Below, piece by piece: positions 28,723 to 38,100 of a DNA stretch of 54,791 nucleotides. A program made the position numbers and the translations under genes. The notes below the pieces were generated by a model that saw only the letters and a program-made list of their open reading frames with translations, was not told where the DNA came from and searched no databases. Origin of the DNA: an uncultured Bacilli bacterium (GTDB lineage Bacteria > Bacillota_I > Bacilli_A > RF39 > UBA660); the NCBI GenBank assembly GCA_944358875.1, contig CALVRZ010000003.1, positions 1-54,791 of the forward strand. The letters are read 5' to 3'. The first letter of the stretch is position 1; each line of letters opens with the position of its first letter.

Positions 28723-29292
28723 TTACATATTATACTTATATTTCTTTAGAGATTTATCAAATCTATTTGTTAATACAGGTTTTGTAAATTGTTCTTCTAA
28801 TATTAAAACACTATTTTTATACCTGCTATATGCTTTATCATAATTTCCTTGTTCAATTTGAATTACACAATAATCTACTATATTATCGTAAATATAATCA
28901 TAAATAATACTAGATTTTTCTTCTTCATCTATTGCTTCTACAATAATTGGCGCTACTTCATAGTAATGTTCTATATCTTCCTTTGAAACAAAGTTATCTC
29001 TAAACCATCTTAAAACTCTTAATTCATAACAATTATCATCAAATTCTTCTTGAAAATATCTCATACATGCACTTGTTAAAAAACATTCTCCAGAACTTGA
29101 TTCTTTTTCTCCATCTATTTTTGTTACAGCTTCGTATGTTTTATTGTCTGTGTCTACTTTAATATGAATTGAATCATGTGGTCCATCTTTTGGATCACTA
29201 GAATAAATATCTATTTTTGCTCCACTTTTACCACTATCTTTTTTATCTCCATATTCAGTTACTTTTATTACTTTATCATTTTCATTACCCAT
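28723..29292 (-). CDS. CFI-box-CTERM-like domain protein
   Basis: GECFLTSAC...DDNCYELRVLRWFRDNF...YYEVAPIIV. Confidence 0.7.
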   Translation of the reverse strand: MGNENDKVIKVTEYGDKKDSGKSGAKIDIYSSDPKDGPHDSIHIKVDTDNKTYEAVTKIDGEKESSSGECFLTSACMRYFQEEFDDNCYELRVLRWFRDNFVSKEDIEHYYEVAPIIVEAIDEEEKSSIIYDYIYDNIVDYCVIQIEQGNYDKAYSRYKNSVLILEEQFTKPVLTNRFDKSLKKYKYNM

Positions 29293-29659
29293 TTTTTAAT
29301 CCCCTTTCAATTTGCATTTTTCTTAATTCCATTAGTTCATATATCCAAATAACAATTTCATCTGATAATTCATTTTCCAATCCTAAATTAGTACCAAATA
29401 AAAACTTATCTTTTAACGCATCTAGCCTATTATAAACATCAAGTATTTCAGCAGAATTTATAAAAGATAAGTTTTGCACACTTTGAAATTTTGCACCCCA
29501 TTTTGTTACAATATTTAGCAAAGCATGTATTTCTTCATGTGAACTTTCATAAGATTTTAGTTCATTCATAATCGCAAGAGGTCCAATTAATCTAAAAAAA
29601 GCTATATCAATTTTTCCCCTAATATCAGAATCTTTCAAAACGTTTTCATTCATAAACAT
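29285..29659 (-). CDS. Hypothetical protein coupled to the CFI-box gene
   Basis: RBS AAAGGAG; 8-bp overlap with 28723..29292. Confidence 0.7.
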   Translation of the reverse strand: MFMNENVLKDSDIRGKIDIAFFRLIGPLAIMNELKSYESSHEEIHALLNIVTKWGAKFQSVQNLSFINSAEILDVYNRLDALKDKFLFGTNLGLENELSDEIVIWIYELMELRKMQIERGLKNG

Positions 29660-29687
29660 TTCTCCTTTCTTACATTATATTTATTCA

Positions 29688-29878
29688 CATCATTAAGTTT
29701 TAAGATATCTCTAATTACTTTAAGAATAGTAACTTGTCCCTTTTTAGTAATTTTAAGTTAAATATGATTTCATATTATCATCGTCCTTCTTAATATCAGA
29801 TTCAAGTATTTAGTTTTATCATATTTTCACCACTTTTTATCATTATACGATAATTTATGATGAAAATCGATAAACTTT
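29688..29878 (-). pseudogene. Direct repeat B, copy 2: promoter + frameshifted, truncated AbrB-like 5' fragment
   Basis: ATG at 29773 followed by a +1 insertion and early TAA; the KGQVTI.KVIRDIL coding remains in another frame. Confidence 0.85.
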
Positions 29879-30077
29879 ATCTTAAATTTATAACCATAAT
29901 TTCATAACTTAATCCTTCTACGCTTTAAAAGCAACCAAAATAATATTCGCCACAATAAGTACTTTTCGTACAAATTGTACATATTTTTAAATAATTTTCG
30001 TACATTTTGTACGTTTTTTACTATAAAAACCCCTGTTAAGCAAATTATCTTTATAACTAACATGGATAATTCTACTA

Positions 30078-30905
30078 TTATACTTTTTCTTTCTGACACT
30101 TAGGACAATAATATGTCCCTCTTCCTCCTACTTTGATTTTCTCTATCTTCCCTCCACATATAGGGCACACACCCTTATCCTTACCATGAATAGCAAGTTC
30201 ATTTTGAAATCTTCCATGCACTCCATCTACAGAAGTATAACTTCTAATCGTTGTACCTCCTAATTCAATTGCATGATTAAGAACACTCCTTGTATATTTA
30301 ATAATATCCTCAAGTTCCTTATCATCTAACTTAGAGGCTACTTTTAAAGGATTAATGTGCCCCATAAAAAGAATTTCATCAGCATAAATATTACCTATTC
30401 CCACGATAATACTTTGATCTAATATAACACTTTTAATAGGTAATTTCTTATTCTTATATTTATCTTTCAAATAACTAACCGTAAGTCCCTCATCCCAAGG
30501 TTCTAATCCCAGTTCACTTATAGGTTTCATATCATTAACCATATCTTTTTTAATCAAATACATTCTTCCAAACTTTCTCGTATCCATATATCGAAGTTCC
30601 ATATCTCCTAAATCAAAGATAACATGTTCATGCTTATTAATCTCTTCATCGTGTTTTTTAAAGAAATACTTACCTTCCATCCTTAAATGCGATAAAAGAT
30701 AACTATCTCCTAAATCAAACATCAAAAACTTACCCCTTCTTTTAATATCTCTTATCTCTTTACCACCGACACCTTTAATAAAATCATCGACACTAGGATA
30801 AGCAATAATATTAGGATACCTAACCACAACTTTATAAATCTTTTTTCCAATTAATCTAAGTTTTAAACTATTTTTTACCGTTTCTACTTCTGGTAATTCA
30901 GGCAT
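30078..30905 (-). CDS. mutM: Formamidopyrimidine-DNA glycosylase
   Basis: MPELPEVE, HLRMEG, GIGNIYADE, C4 zinc finger. Confidence 0.97.
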   Translation of the reverse strand: MPELPEVETVKNSLKLRLIGKKIYKVVVRYPNIIAYPSVDDFIKGVGGKEIRDIKRRGKFLMFDLGDSYLLSHLRMEGKYFFKKHDEEINKHEHVIFDLGDMELRYMDTRKFGRMYLIKKDMVNDMKPISELGLEPWDEGLTVSYLKDKYKNKKLPIKSVILDQSIIVGIGNIYADEILFMGHINPLKVASKLDDKELEDIIKYTRSVLNHAIELGGTTIRSYTSVDGVHGRFQNELAIHGKDKGVCPICGGKIEKIKVGGRGTYYCPKCQKEKV

Positions 30906-30910
30906 AAACC

Positions 30911-31771
30911 TCACTCCTTTGCAACTACACTAATATTTACATAATTAATACCCATTTTCTTTCTTTTTAATCTTTTATTTATATCCATAACAACCCTATC
31001 CATATCCTTAACTTTCATCTTACCATTCATCATTACGACAATATTCCCTGTATAATAACTACCATATTTAACCAGATTAATCTCTTTAACACTAACAATA
31101 TTCTTATCCATTAAAATAATATCTTTAACCTTAGCTAAATAATCATTATTATCCAAAGTAACCATCCCAATATTTCTAATATTCTCTTTTAATATCTTTA
31201 AAGAAATATAGATAACATAAAAACCTATGATAAAAGTACAAACATTATCCGAATACCTATATAAATCATTATAGACACTAAGTCTTGTCATTAGAACTGA
31301 AATAACTACAAAAATTGTCGTAATAGCATCAGCTTTAGACTCCATTGAAGATACCATTAAAATACTATCATTATATTCCTTACCCTTATATTCCATATAT
31401 TTAGCATAACTATATTTAATAATAAAGCAAATAACACTAACTACTAATACCAAATTAGAAGGAATATTCTCGCTCACTTTAAAAGCATCTAATACCAAAT
31501 TACCACCCATAAATAATACGACTATTCCAACAATAATACTAGTTACATATTCAAATTGACCATAACCAAAAGGATGTTTTTTATCCGCAGGTTTATGGGC
31601 CATAACATTACCTAAAATAGACACAATATCAGTAATTAAATCCGACAACGAGTGAATACCATTAGCCACAAGAGATTTAGAACTACCTATCATCCCCACG
31701 ATTAGTTTAAATATTACTAAAAAGATATTAATTATCATGTTTTTAATCAAAACACTATTAACTTTCTTCAT
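30911..31771 (-). CDS. Cation diffusion facilitator family transporter
   Basis: HSLSD, PADKKHPFGYG..E. Confidence 0.9.
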   Translation of the reverse strand: MKKVNSVLIKNMIINIFLVIFKLIVGMIGSSKSLVANGIHSLSDLITDIVSILGNVMAHKPADKKHPFGYGQFEYVTSIIVGIVVLFMGGNLVLDAFKVSENIPSNLVLVVSVICFIIKYSYAKYMEYKGKEYNDSILMVSSMESKADAITTIFVVISVLMTRLSVYNDLYRYSDNVCTFIIGFYVIYISLKILKENIRNIGMVTLDNNDYLAKVKDIILMDKNIVSVKEINLVKYGSYYTGNIVVMMNGKMKVKDMDRVVMDINKRLKRKKMGINYVNISVVAKE

Positions 31772-31781
31772 AACTATTCAC

Positions 31782-34355
31782 CTATTTAGCATCGTACCAA
31801 TCAGTTCCAAATTCCACATCGACTGTAAGTGGTACACTAAATTTATATGTATTTTCCATAATATCCGTAACTACTTTTGTAACAATTTCTTTCTCACTAA
31901 TTAAACAATTAAAAATAAGTTCATCATGCACCTGTAATAACATCGTGCTTTTTAAATTTCTCTTCGTAAACTCTTCATCAATTTCCACCATTGCTTTCTT
32001 CAAAATATCAGCACTACTTCCCTGAATTGGAGTATTCAAAGCCATTCTTTCACCCATACTCCTAATAACATAACTAGCATCTTTAATTTCTGGCAATAAT
32101 CTTTTTCTATTCATAATTGTCTTAACATAACCAAGTTCTCTAGCTTGTTCAATTTCCTTATTCATATAATCTTTAATACCGGGATATGTTTCCAAATACT
32201 TATTAATAAACTCTTTAGCTTCCTTAGGACTAATCCCCAAATCCTCAGACAAACCGAAACTACTAATACCATATAAAATACCAAAATTAACAGCTTTAGC
32301 TTGTCTTCGCATATCTTTTGTTACTTTGTCTATTGGAACATGAAATACATCAGATGCCGTCTTAGCATGAATATCCATATCACTATTAAAAGCATGAATT
32401 AACTCACTAACTTGTGATAGATGAGCAAAAATTCTAAGTTCAATCTGTGAATAATCAGCAGACATTATCAAAGAGTCATTCTCTGGTAAGAAAGCCTTTC
32501 TAATTAACTTTCCATACTCATTTCTAACGGGAATATTCTGTAAATTAGGTTCGATTGAAGATAGTCTTCCCGTTCTTGTTAAAGTCTGAGTATAAATCGT
32601 ATGAATCTTACCATCATCACTAATGGCATTAGTAATACCAACTACATAAGTACTAAGTAACTTCGATAAAGTACGATATTCAAGTACCTTAGAAACAATT
32701 GGATAATCATGAATATACTTATTAAGCGTATTAGAATCTGTCGTATATCCCCCTGACTTTGTCTTCTTACCACCAGGTAATCCAAGTTTTTCAAATAATA
32801 CTTGTCCCAATTGTTTAGGCGAAGCCACATTAAATTCACATCCTGTCATATCATATATCTCTTTTAATATAGCATCTAATCTTAACGTAATATCATCGCC
32901 CATTTCCTGTAAGATATCCTTAGATACCCTAATACCATTACATTCCATCTTACCAAGAACAATCGCTAAAGGAAGTTCAATATCATTGTACATTTGCATT
33001 ACTTCTTCATCTTCCATCTCTTTCATAAGCCTATCTCTAACTTCATAAATAAACTTAGCTCTCATAACACTTCTTTTAACAATAACATCCATATCTAGTT
33101 CTACTTTCCTATTATAAAAAGGAATATCATAACTAAAATCATTAGCTAGATAAGCAATATCATCCTTAACATTATAATTAAGTAAATATCCCGCGATCAT
33201 TGCATCCATACTAACCTTATCAAGTTTAATCTTATTCTTTCTTAAACTAACATATAACTTCTTAAGATCGTAAGTATACTTTTCTATCTTTGTCAAAAAA
33301 CTTGGATTTAACTTAAGAACATCCATAGGAATAAACAAACTAACTTCATCATTATAGACACCCATCCCATAAATATCCGCATTATGATAATTCTCTTCAC
33401 TCATCTCCAAATAAACACTGACAGGTTTCCTAATATCAATACTACCCAAATCATGGACAATCTTAACTTCTAAATTATTATTCTTAACCTTTACCGTATC
33501 CGTCTTCTTTAAAAAAGAATAAAATTCCAAATCACTAAAAATAGTAACTAACTTATCAGCATCTTCCCCTTCATACTTAATATCTTTTAAAGTAATATTT
33601 AAAGGAACATCCTTATAAATCGTTGCAATCTCTTTACTAGCAAAAGCACTATCCTTACCATCAACTAATTTATTTTTAACAGCACCACTTATCTCATCAA
33701 TATGTTCATAAACACCCTCGACACTAACATACTTCTGTAGTAACTTTAACGCGGTCTTTTCCCCAATTCCTTTTACACCAGGAATATTATCTGAACTATC
33801 GCCCATCAAACCCTTTAAATCAACCATTCTAATAGGCTCAATCCCATAAGTTTCCACAAAAGTATCATGATTCATTCTAATAAAATCCTTCTGCTTAAGT
33901 AACTTAACCTCAACATCATTACTAATAAGTTGTAACAAATCCTTATCACTACTGATAATTGTCGCAATAAAATCATCATCAATGTCGACCATTTTAGCTA
34001 AAGTTCCAATAATATCATCAGCTTCATAACCAGGACACTCCAAATATTTAATTCCCATCGCATCAAGTATCTTCTTTGCAACCGGAAATTGTTTCTTCAA
34101 ATCATCAGGAGTCTCATCTCTTCCCCCTTTATATTCACTATATTTCTCATGTCTAAAAGTCTTACCAACATCAAAAGCTACAGCTATATAAGTAGGTTTT
34201 TCCTCACTAATAATCTTATTTATCATATTAACAAAACCAAATAAACCATTCGTAGGAAAACCTTCACTATTCCTCATAAAATTACCTGTATATGCTGTTG
34301 CATAATAACTTCTAAAAAGCAAATTATTACCATCTACTAAAATAGCTTTTTCCAT
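31782..34355 (-). CDS. polA: DNA polymerase I
   Basis: 5'-exonuclease motifs (LVDG, YEADD, GDSSDNIPGV) and polymerase motifs ADYSQIELR, KAVNFG, QVHDE. Confidence 0.98.
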   Translation of the reverse strand: MEKAILVDGNNLLFRSYYATAYTGNFMRNSEGFPTNGLFGFVNMINKIISEEKPTYIAVAFDVGKTFRHEKYSEYKGGRDETPDDLKKQFPVAKKILDAMGIKYLECPGYEADDIIGTLAKMVDIDDDFIATIISSDKDLLQLISNDVEVKLLKQKDFIRMNHDTFVETYGIEPIRMVDLKGLMGDSSDNIPGVKGIGEKTALKLLQKYVSVEGVYEHIDEISGAVKNKLVDGKDSAFASKEIATIYKDVPLNITLKDIKYEGEDADKLVTIFSDLEFYSFLKKTDTVKVKNNNLEVKIVHDLGSIDIRKPVSVYLEMSEENYHNADIYGMGVYNDEVSLFIPMDVLKLNPSFLTKIEKYTYDLKKLYVSLRKNKIKLDKVSMDAMIAGYLLNYNVKDDIAYLANDFSYDIPFYNRKVELDMDVIVKRSVMRAKFIYEVRDRLMKEMEDEEVMQMYNDIELPLAIVLGKMECNGIRVSKDILQEMGDDITLRLDAILKEIYDMTGCEFNVASPKQLGQVLFEKLGLPGGKKTKSGGYTTDSNTLNKYIHDYPIVSKVLEYRTLSKLLSTYVVGITNAISDDGKIHTIYTQTLTRTGRLSSIEPNLQNIPVRNEYGKLIRKAFLPENDSLIMSADYSQIELRIFAHLSQVSELIHAFNSDMDIHAKTASDVFHVPIDKVTKDMRRQAKAVNFGILYGISSFGLSEDLGISPKEAKEFINKYLETYPGIKDYMNKEIEQARELGYVKTIMNRKRLLPEIKDASYVIRSMGERMALNTPIQGSSADILKKAMVEIDEEFTKRNLKSTMLLQVHDELIFNCLISEKEIVTKVVTDIMENTYKFSVPLTVDVEFGTDWYDAK

Positions 34356-34543
34356 ATATCTTCACTCACTTTCTAACTATAACAATTATAACACATGATA
34401 AAACTTAAGTAAAAGCCTTATCCATAAACTTATATTTTTTTTATGTTAATGCTACTCGCAAGTACATATTAAAATTCATCTTAAATTTGACTAAAAAACA
34501 CTTATATGCTATAATTTTAGCCAAGAAAGGAAAGGATTTATAT

Positions 34544-35287
34544 ATGGATAAAGACTACAAATACTATAATATAAAAGAGGAAATAAACAATATATACATA
34601 AATAAGAATAAGGAATTAAATTACAAAAATAATATAGAATATAAATATAATATATACAAAGATGCTGATAGTTTTAGCGATCTTATGAGATTAATTCAAC
34701 TTGCAAGAAGAATTCAACAACAACAACAAGCTCAACAACAAACTTCAGCACAAACTCCAGCACAAGCTCCAACACAAACTCAAGCACAAGCTCAACAACA
34801 AACTCCAACACAGACTCCTAGTCTTACTTCAAGAACAGCAACAACTGGTTGGAGTCCTATGAGTATTGCCGGAACTATTTATAAATTTAATCGTGGTGTC
34901 ATCGGTATTGATTATGAAGGTGAAACACATGAAATAATTCTAGACCGAACTGCTCGTCATCATAATGAGGCTACTGCTGAAATTGGTACTCTAACTAATT
35001 GTCCTGTATCAGATAAATATGCTGGACCTTTTGAAAATGGCCTAGAAGTATCCGAACAAGGAACCCTCATTATTCAACTTGAGGGAGACTCAATGCTAGT
35101 ATACTTACCAAAAGAAATGACTACTGAACAATATAATAAATTAGTATCGGAAGTAACTCCACGTAGTAATTTTACCGTATCATTTACCCATGATGGACAA
35201 ATCTATGATGATAATAATGTTACTGCTAGTGCATTACTAAGTTTCTCCCAAAATTTAACAGCATCTACAAGAAGAGTAAGTCGTTAA
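34544..35287 (+). CDS. Hypothetical protein with a Gln/Thr/Pro/Ala low-complexity linker
   Basis: RBS GAAAGGA before ATG at 34544; 12-nt-unit QTPA-type repeats. Confidence 0.75.
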   Translation: MDKDYKYYNIKEEINNIYINKNKELNYKNNIEYKYNIYKDADSFSDLMRLIQLARRIQQQQQAQQQTSAQTPAQAPTQTQAQAQQQTPTQTPSLTSRTATTGWSPMSIAGTIYKFNRGVIGIDYEGETHEIILDRTARHHNEATAEIGTLTNCPVSDKYAGPFENGLEVSEQGTLIIQLEGDSMLVYLPKEMTTEQYNKLVSEVTPRSNFTVSFTHDGQIYDDNNVTASALLSFSQNLTASTRRVSR

Positions 35288-35320
35288 AAAAGATGATTTA
35301 AACAAAATCATCTTTTTAAT
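34666..35320 (+). repeat. Direct repeat C, copy 1 (gene 3' part + terminator)
   Basis: Near-identical to 36088-36620. Confidence 0.92.
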
Positions 35321-35349
35321 ATACCTTATTTAACAAATAGGAATATTCC

Positions 35350-35646
35350 CTATTTGTTAAATAAATCACTATGACTTCCCGTATTCATTAATAAAAGCAA
35401 CAATTCATTATCATTATACTGATAAATTAATAACCAGTCTGGACGTATATGACACTCACTACAATTTTTATAATATTTATCATCTTTCAATTTGTGATTC
35501 CTATATTTTGGATCTAATTCATCTTTTTGTGCTAACTTATCAACAACATCTAATAGTTCATCTAAATCTTTATTTTGCTTTTGCATTTTTTTTAAAGATT
35601 TTTTAAATTTTATCGAATATACAACATCATATTTATACTTCATCAT
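35350..35646 (-). CDS. yafQ: YafQ-family mRNA interferase toxin
   Basis: YRNHKL, ECHIRPDWLLIY, TGSHSDLF. Confidence 0.93.
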   Translation of the reverse strand: MMKYKYDVVYSIKFKKSLKKMQKQNKDLDELLDVVDKLAQKDELDPKYRNHKLKDDKYYKNCSECHIRPDWLLIYQYNDNELLLLLMNTGSHSDLFNK

Positions 35647-35926
35647 CTGATAACAACGCTTTCTTTAAATCTTCTCTATTGGTATACCTTGGATATTTCT
35701 CAGAATTGTTAATCATTTCGCTTACTTCCGCTAGTGCTTCCAACATATCTTTGCTAGGTGTTGGATTCACTACTTCAAAAGGTACACCATTTCTTTTAAC
35801 TACTTGCGCTAAAGCCATATTAATAAATGTACTCATATTTAAGCCTAGCCCTTTTAAAATATGAGTTGCCTCATCTTTTATCTTCGTATCAACATTTACA
35901 TTAATAGCACTTGTTAAATTAGCCAT
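35633..35926 (-). CDS. dinJ: DinJ/RelB-family antitoxin
   Basis: RHH N-terminus, LGLNMSTFINMAL..V....GVPF; overlaps yafQ. Confidence 0.9.
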   Translation of the reverse strand: MANLTSAINVNVDTKIKDEATHILKGLGLNMSTFINMALAQVVKRNGVPFEVVNPTPSKDMLEALAEVSEMINNSEKYPRYTNREDLKKALLSDDEV

Positions 35927-36087
35927 AACATAATCATCTCACTTTCTATATAAAATAATAACATATATTCTTAAATATGTCAAGATAAAAACTACATAAT
36001 ATCTATTCATAAGCTACATTTTATCTATATAATAATATATGTAATATTAAAGAAAATATGCAATAGAAAATAACTAATTATTAAAGT

Positions 36088-36620
36088 TGATAATTTTAGC
36101 GATCTTATGAGATTAATTCAACTTGCAAGAAGAGTTCAACAACAACAGCAAGCTCAAGCCCAGACTCCAGCACAAACTCCAGCACAAACTCCTAATCTTA
36201 CTTCAAGAACAGCAACAACTGGTTGGAGTCCTACAAGTATTGCCGGAACTATTTATAAATTTAATCGTGGTGTCATCGGTATTGATTATAAAGGTGAAAC
36301 ACATGAAATAATTCTAGACCGAACTGCTCGTCATCATAATGAGGCTACTGCTGAACAAGGAACCCTCATTATTCAACTTGAGGGAGACTCAATGCTAGTA
36401 TACTTACCAAAAGAAATGACTACTGAACAATATAATAAATTAGTATCGGAAGTAACTCCACGTAGTAATTTTACCATATCATTTACCCATGATGGACAAA
36501 TCTATGATGATAATAATGTTACGGCTAGTGCATTACTAAGTTTCTCCTAAAATTTAACAACATCGACAAGAAGAGTAAGTCGTTAAAAAAGATGATTCAA
36601 ACAAAATCATCTTTTTTAAT
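36088..36620 (+). pseudogene. Direct repeat C, copy 2: 5'-truncated copy with a 75-bp deletion and premature stop, plus terminator
   Basis: Lacks the N-terminus and IGTLTNC...LEVSE (25 aa); CAA>TAA at 36548; shorter QTPA tract. Confidence 0.88.
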
Positions 36621-36631
36621 ACATAATTTAT

Positions 36632-37918
36632 TTAAGGCTTTAATGCTGTAATAGGAACAATATAAATTCCTGTTTCAGGATCTTTAGCAATAACATCAGT
36701 AAAACCAACAATAACACACATAAATTTAGGCTTTTTAATCATATTACTATACAAATTTAACAAATTCTTCTTAGCATCCTCTACTTCTCTATATCCTAGT
36801 TTTATTTCAACTATAGCATATTCCCCATCACTAAATTCTAGTATTGCATCAGCTTCTAACCCTGTAATATTATCTCTAAAATGATACAACTTGCCATCTA
36901 AATATTCCATATATATTCTTAAATCTCTTTCGACCATTGCCTCAAACATAAAACCGAAAGTTTTTGGGTCATTTATTAACTTATCTCTTGTTAAATCTAA
37001 ACAACTACATGCAAGTGACGGATCAGTAAAGTGTCTTTTAGAAGATTTTCCTAATCTGTTTGGAGAACGATAATTTTCACTATATGCATTTTGATTTTCC
37101 GTAATATGAAGTCTATTTAAAACATCTAAATAATCATCAATTGTAATCCTACTTTCAATAATTTCTTTTTCATTAGAACATTGTTCTATATCATTCAATA
37201 ATGTTTTATTACTTGCAATAGTAGACTCATTTCTTGCCAAACTTTTAAGTAACATTAACATTTTATTTTTATCTCTTTTTTTATCATCATGAATATCTTT
37301 ATCTAAAATTGCATCAATATAACTTTTAGGTATTATACCAATTTTATCTTCATGAGTATTAATATTTGAAGGCCATCCACCACGTATTATTAAATCAGCC
37401 AATTTTTGAAGTGTAACTTTATCATTTAACCCATTTTTTAAATTACCATTCAACATATCTTGTATTGATGCTTTCCCTGTTGAATCGCCTGACTCATACA
37501 AACTCATAGTATACATTTTTATTTTTCCAATTCTACCCGCACCTGAATGATGTATTTTTTGTTTTTGTTCTTCATCTGTTAATTTAGTAGAGCAGGTCAA
37601 AATATAATTGCCTTTTTTCGTTGTTTCATCGCATTTTCTTCTAACCGCATCCCATATTTCAGGAATTAAATTCCATTCATCAATTAGTTCAGGTCTTTCT
37701 TCATCCAATATCAAATCTAAACTTAACTTTGCCTTTTCTTTAGTTTCCTCTTCATCTAAAAATACAACACTATTAGCTTGATTTAAAGATGTCCATGTTT
37801 TTCCGCACCACTTTGGTCCTTCTATACTTACCGACCCAAAAATCTCTAAATAATCTTTAATTTTTTTATCAACTAAACGAGCAATATATTCTTTTTTTCT
37901 TAAAGACATACATCTCAC
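36632..37918 (-). CDS. AAA_14 ATPase with DUF4143 / PD-(D/E)xK C-terminus
   Basis: GPKWCGKT, LIDEW, RGGWP, EADAI...EIK. Confidence 0.9.
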   Translation of the reverse strand: MRCMSLRKKEYIARLVDKKIKDYLEIFGSVSIEGPKWCGKTWTSLNQANSVVFLDEEETKEKAKLSLDLILDEERPELIDEWNLIPEIWDAVRRKCDETTKKGNYILTCSTKLTDEEQKQKIHHSGAGRIGKIKMYTMSLYESGDSTGKASIQDMLNGNLKNGLNDKVTLQKLADLIIRGGWPSNINTHEDKIGIIPKSYIDAILDKDIHDDKKRDKNKMLMLLKSLARNESTIASNKTLLNDIEQCSNEKEIIESRITIDDYLDVLNRLHITENQNAYSENYRSPNRLGKSSKRHFTDPSLACSCLDLTRDKLINDPKTFGFMFEAMVERDLRIYMEYLDGKLYHFRDNITGLEADAILEFSDGEYAIVEIKLGYREVEDAKKNLLNLYSNMIKKPKFMCVIVGFTDVIAKDPETGIYIVPITALKP

Positions 37919-37969
37919 CCTTTCATTATTAATCTTATTTTACCATATATTATACCAATTATCAATACA

Positions 37970-38055
37970 TAATATACATTTTTTAACAAATTTAATATAC
38001 ATTTTTTAAGAAAAATAATATACATTTTTTAATAGTTTTAATATACATTTTTTAA
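37970..38055. repeat. 4 x 17-bp identical cores at a 23-bp period
   Basis: TAATATACATTTTTTAA at 37970, 37993, 38016 and 38039. Confidence 0.92.
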
Positions 38056-38100
38056 AAAAATTAAACAGAATATCTCTTAATTGAAATATTCTGTTTTTCT

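Noticed and set aside
17880-29900. Prophage or ICE carrying the DGR
   Set aside because: No integrase, structural, replication or conjugation genes, and no att-like boundary repeats seen.
29902-30099. 65-aa ORF after mutM containing two GTACA-N-TGTAC dyads (about 29963-30013)
   Set aside because: No recognisable protein or RBS; the dyads may be a leftover TA operator but no cognate gene can be assigned.
37970-38055. Possible mini-CRISPR
   Set aside because: Repeats of 17 bp and spacers of 6 bp are far too short; no cas genes.
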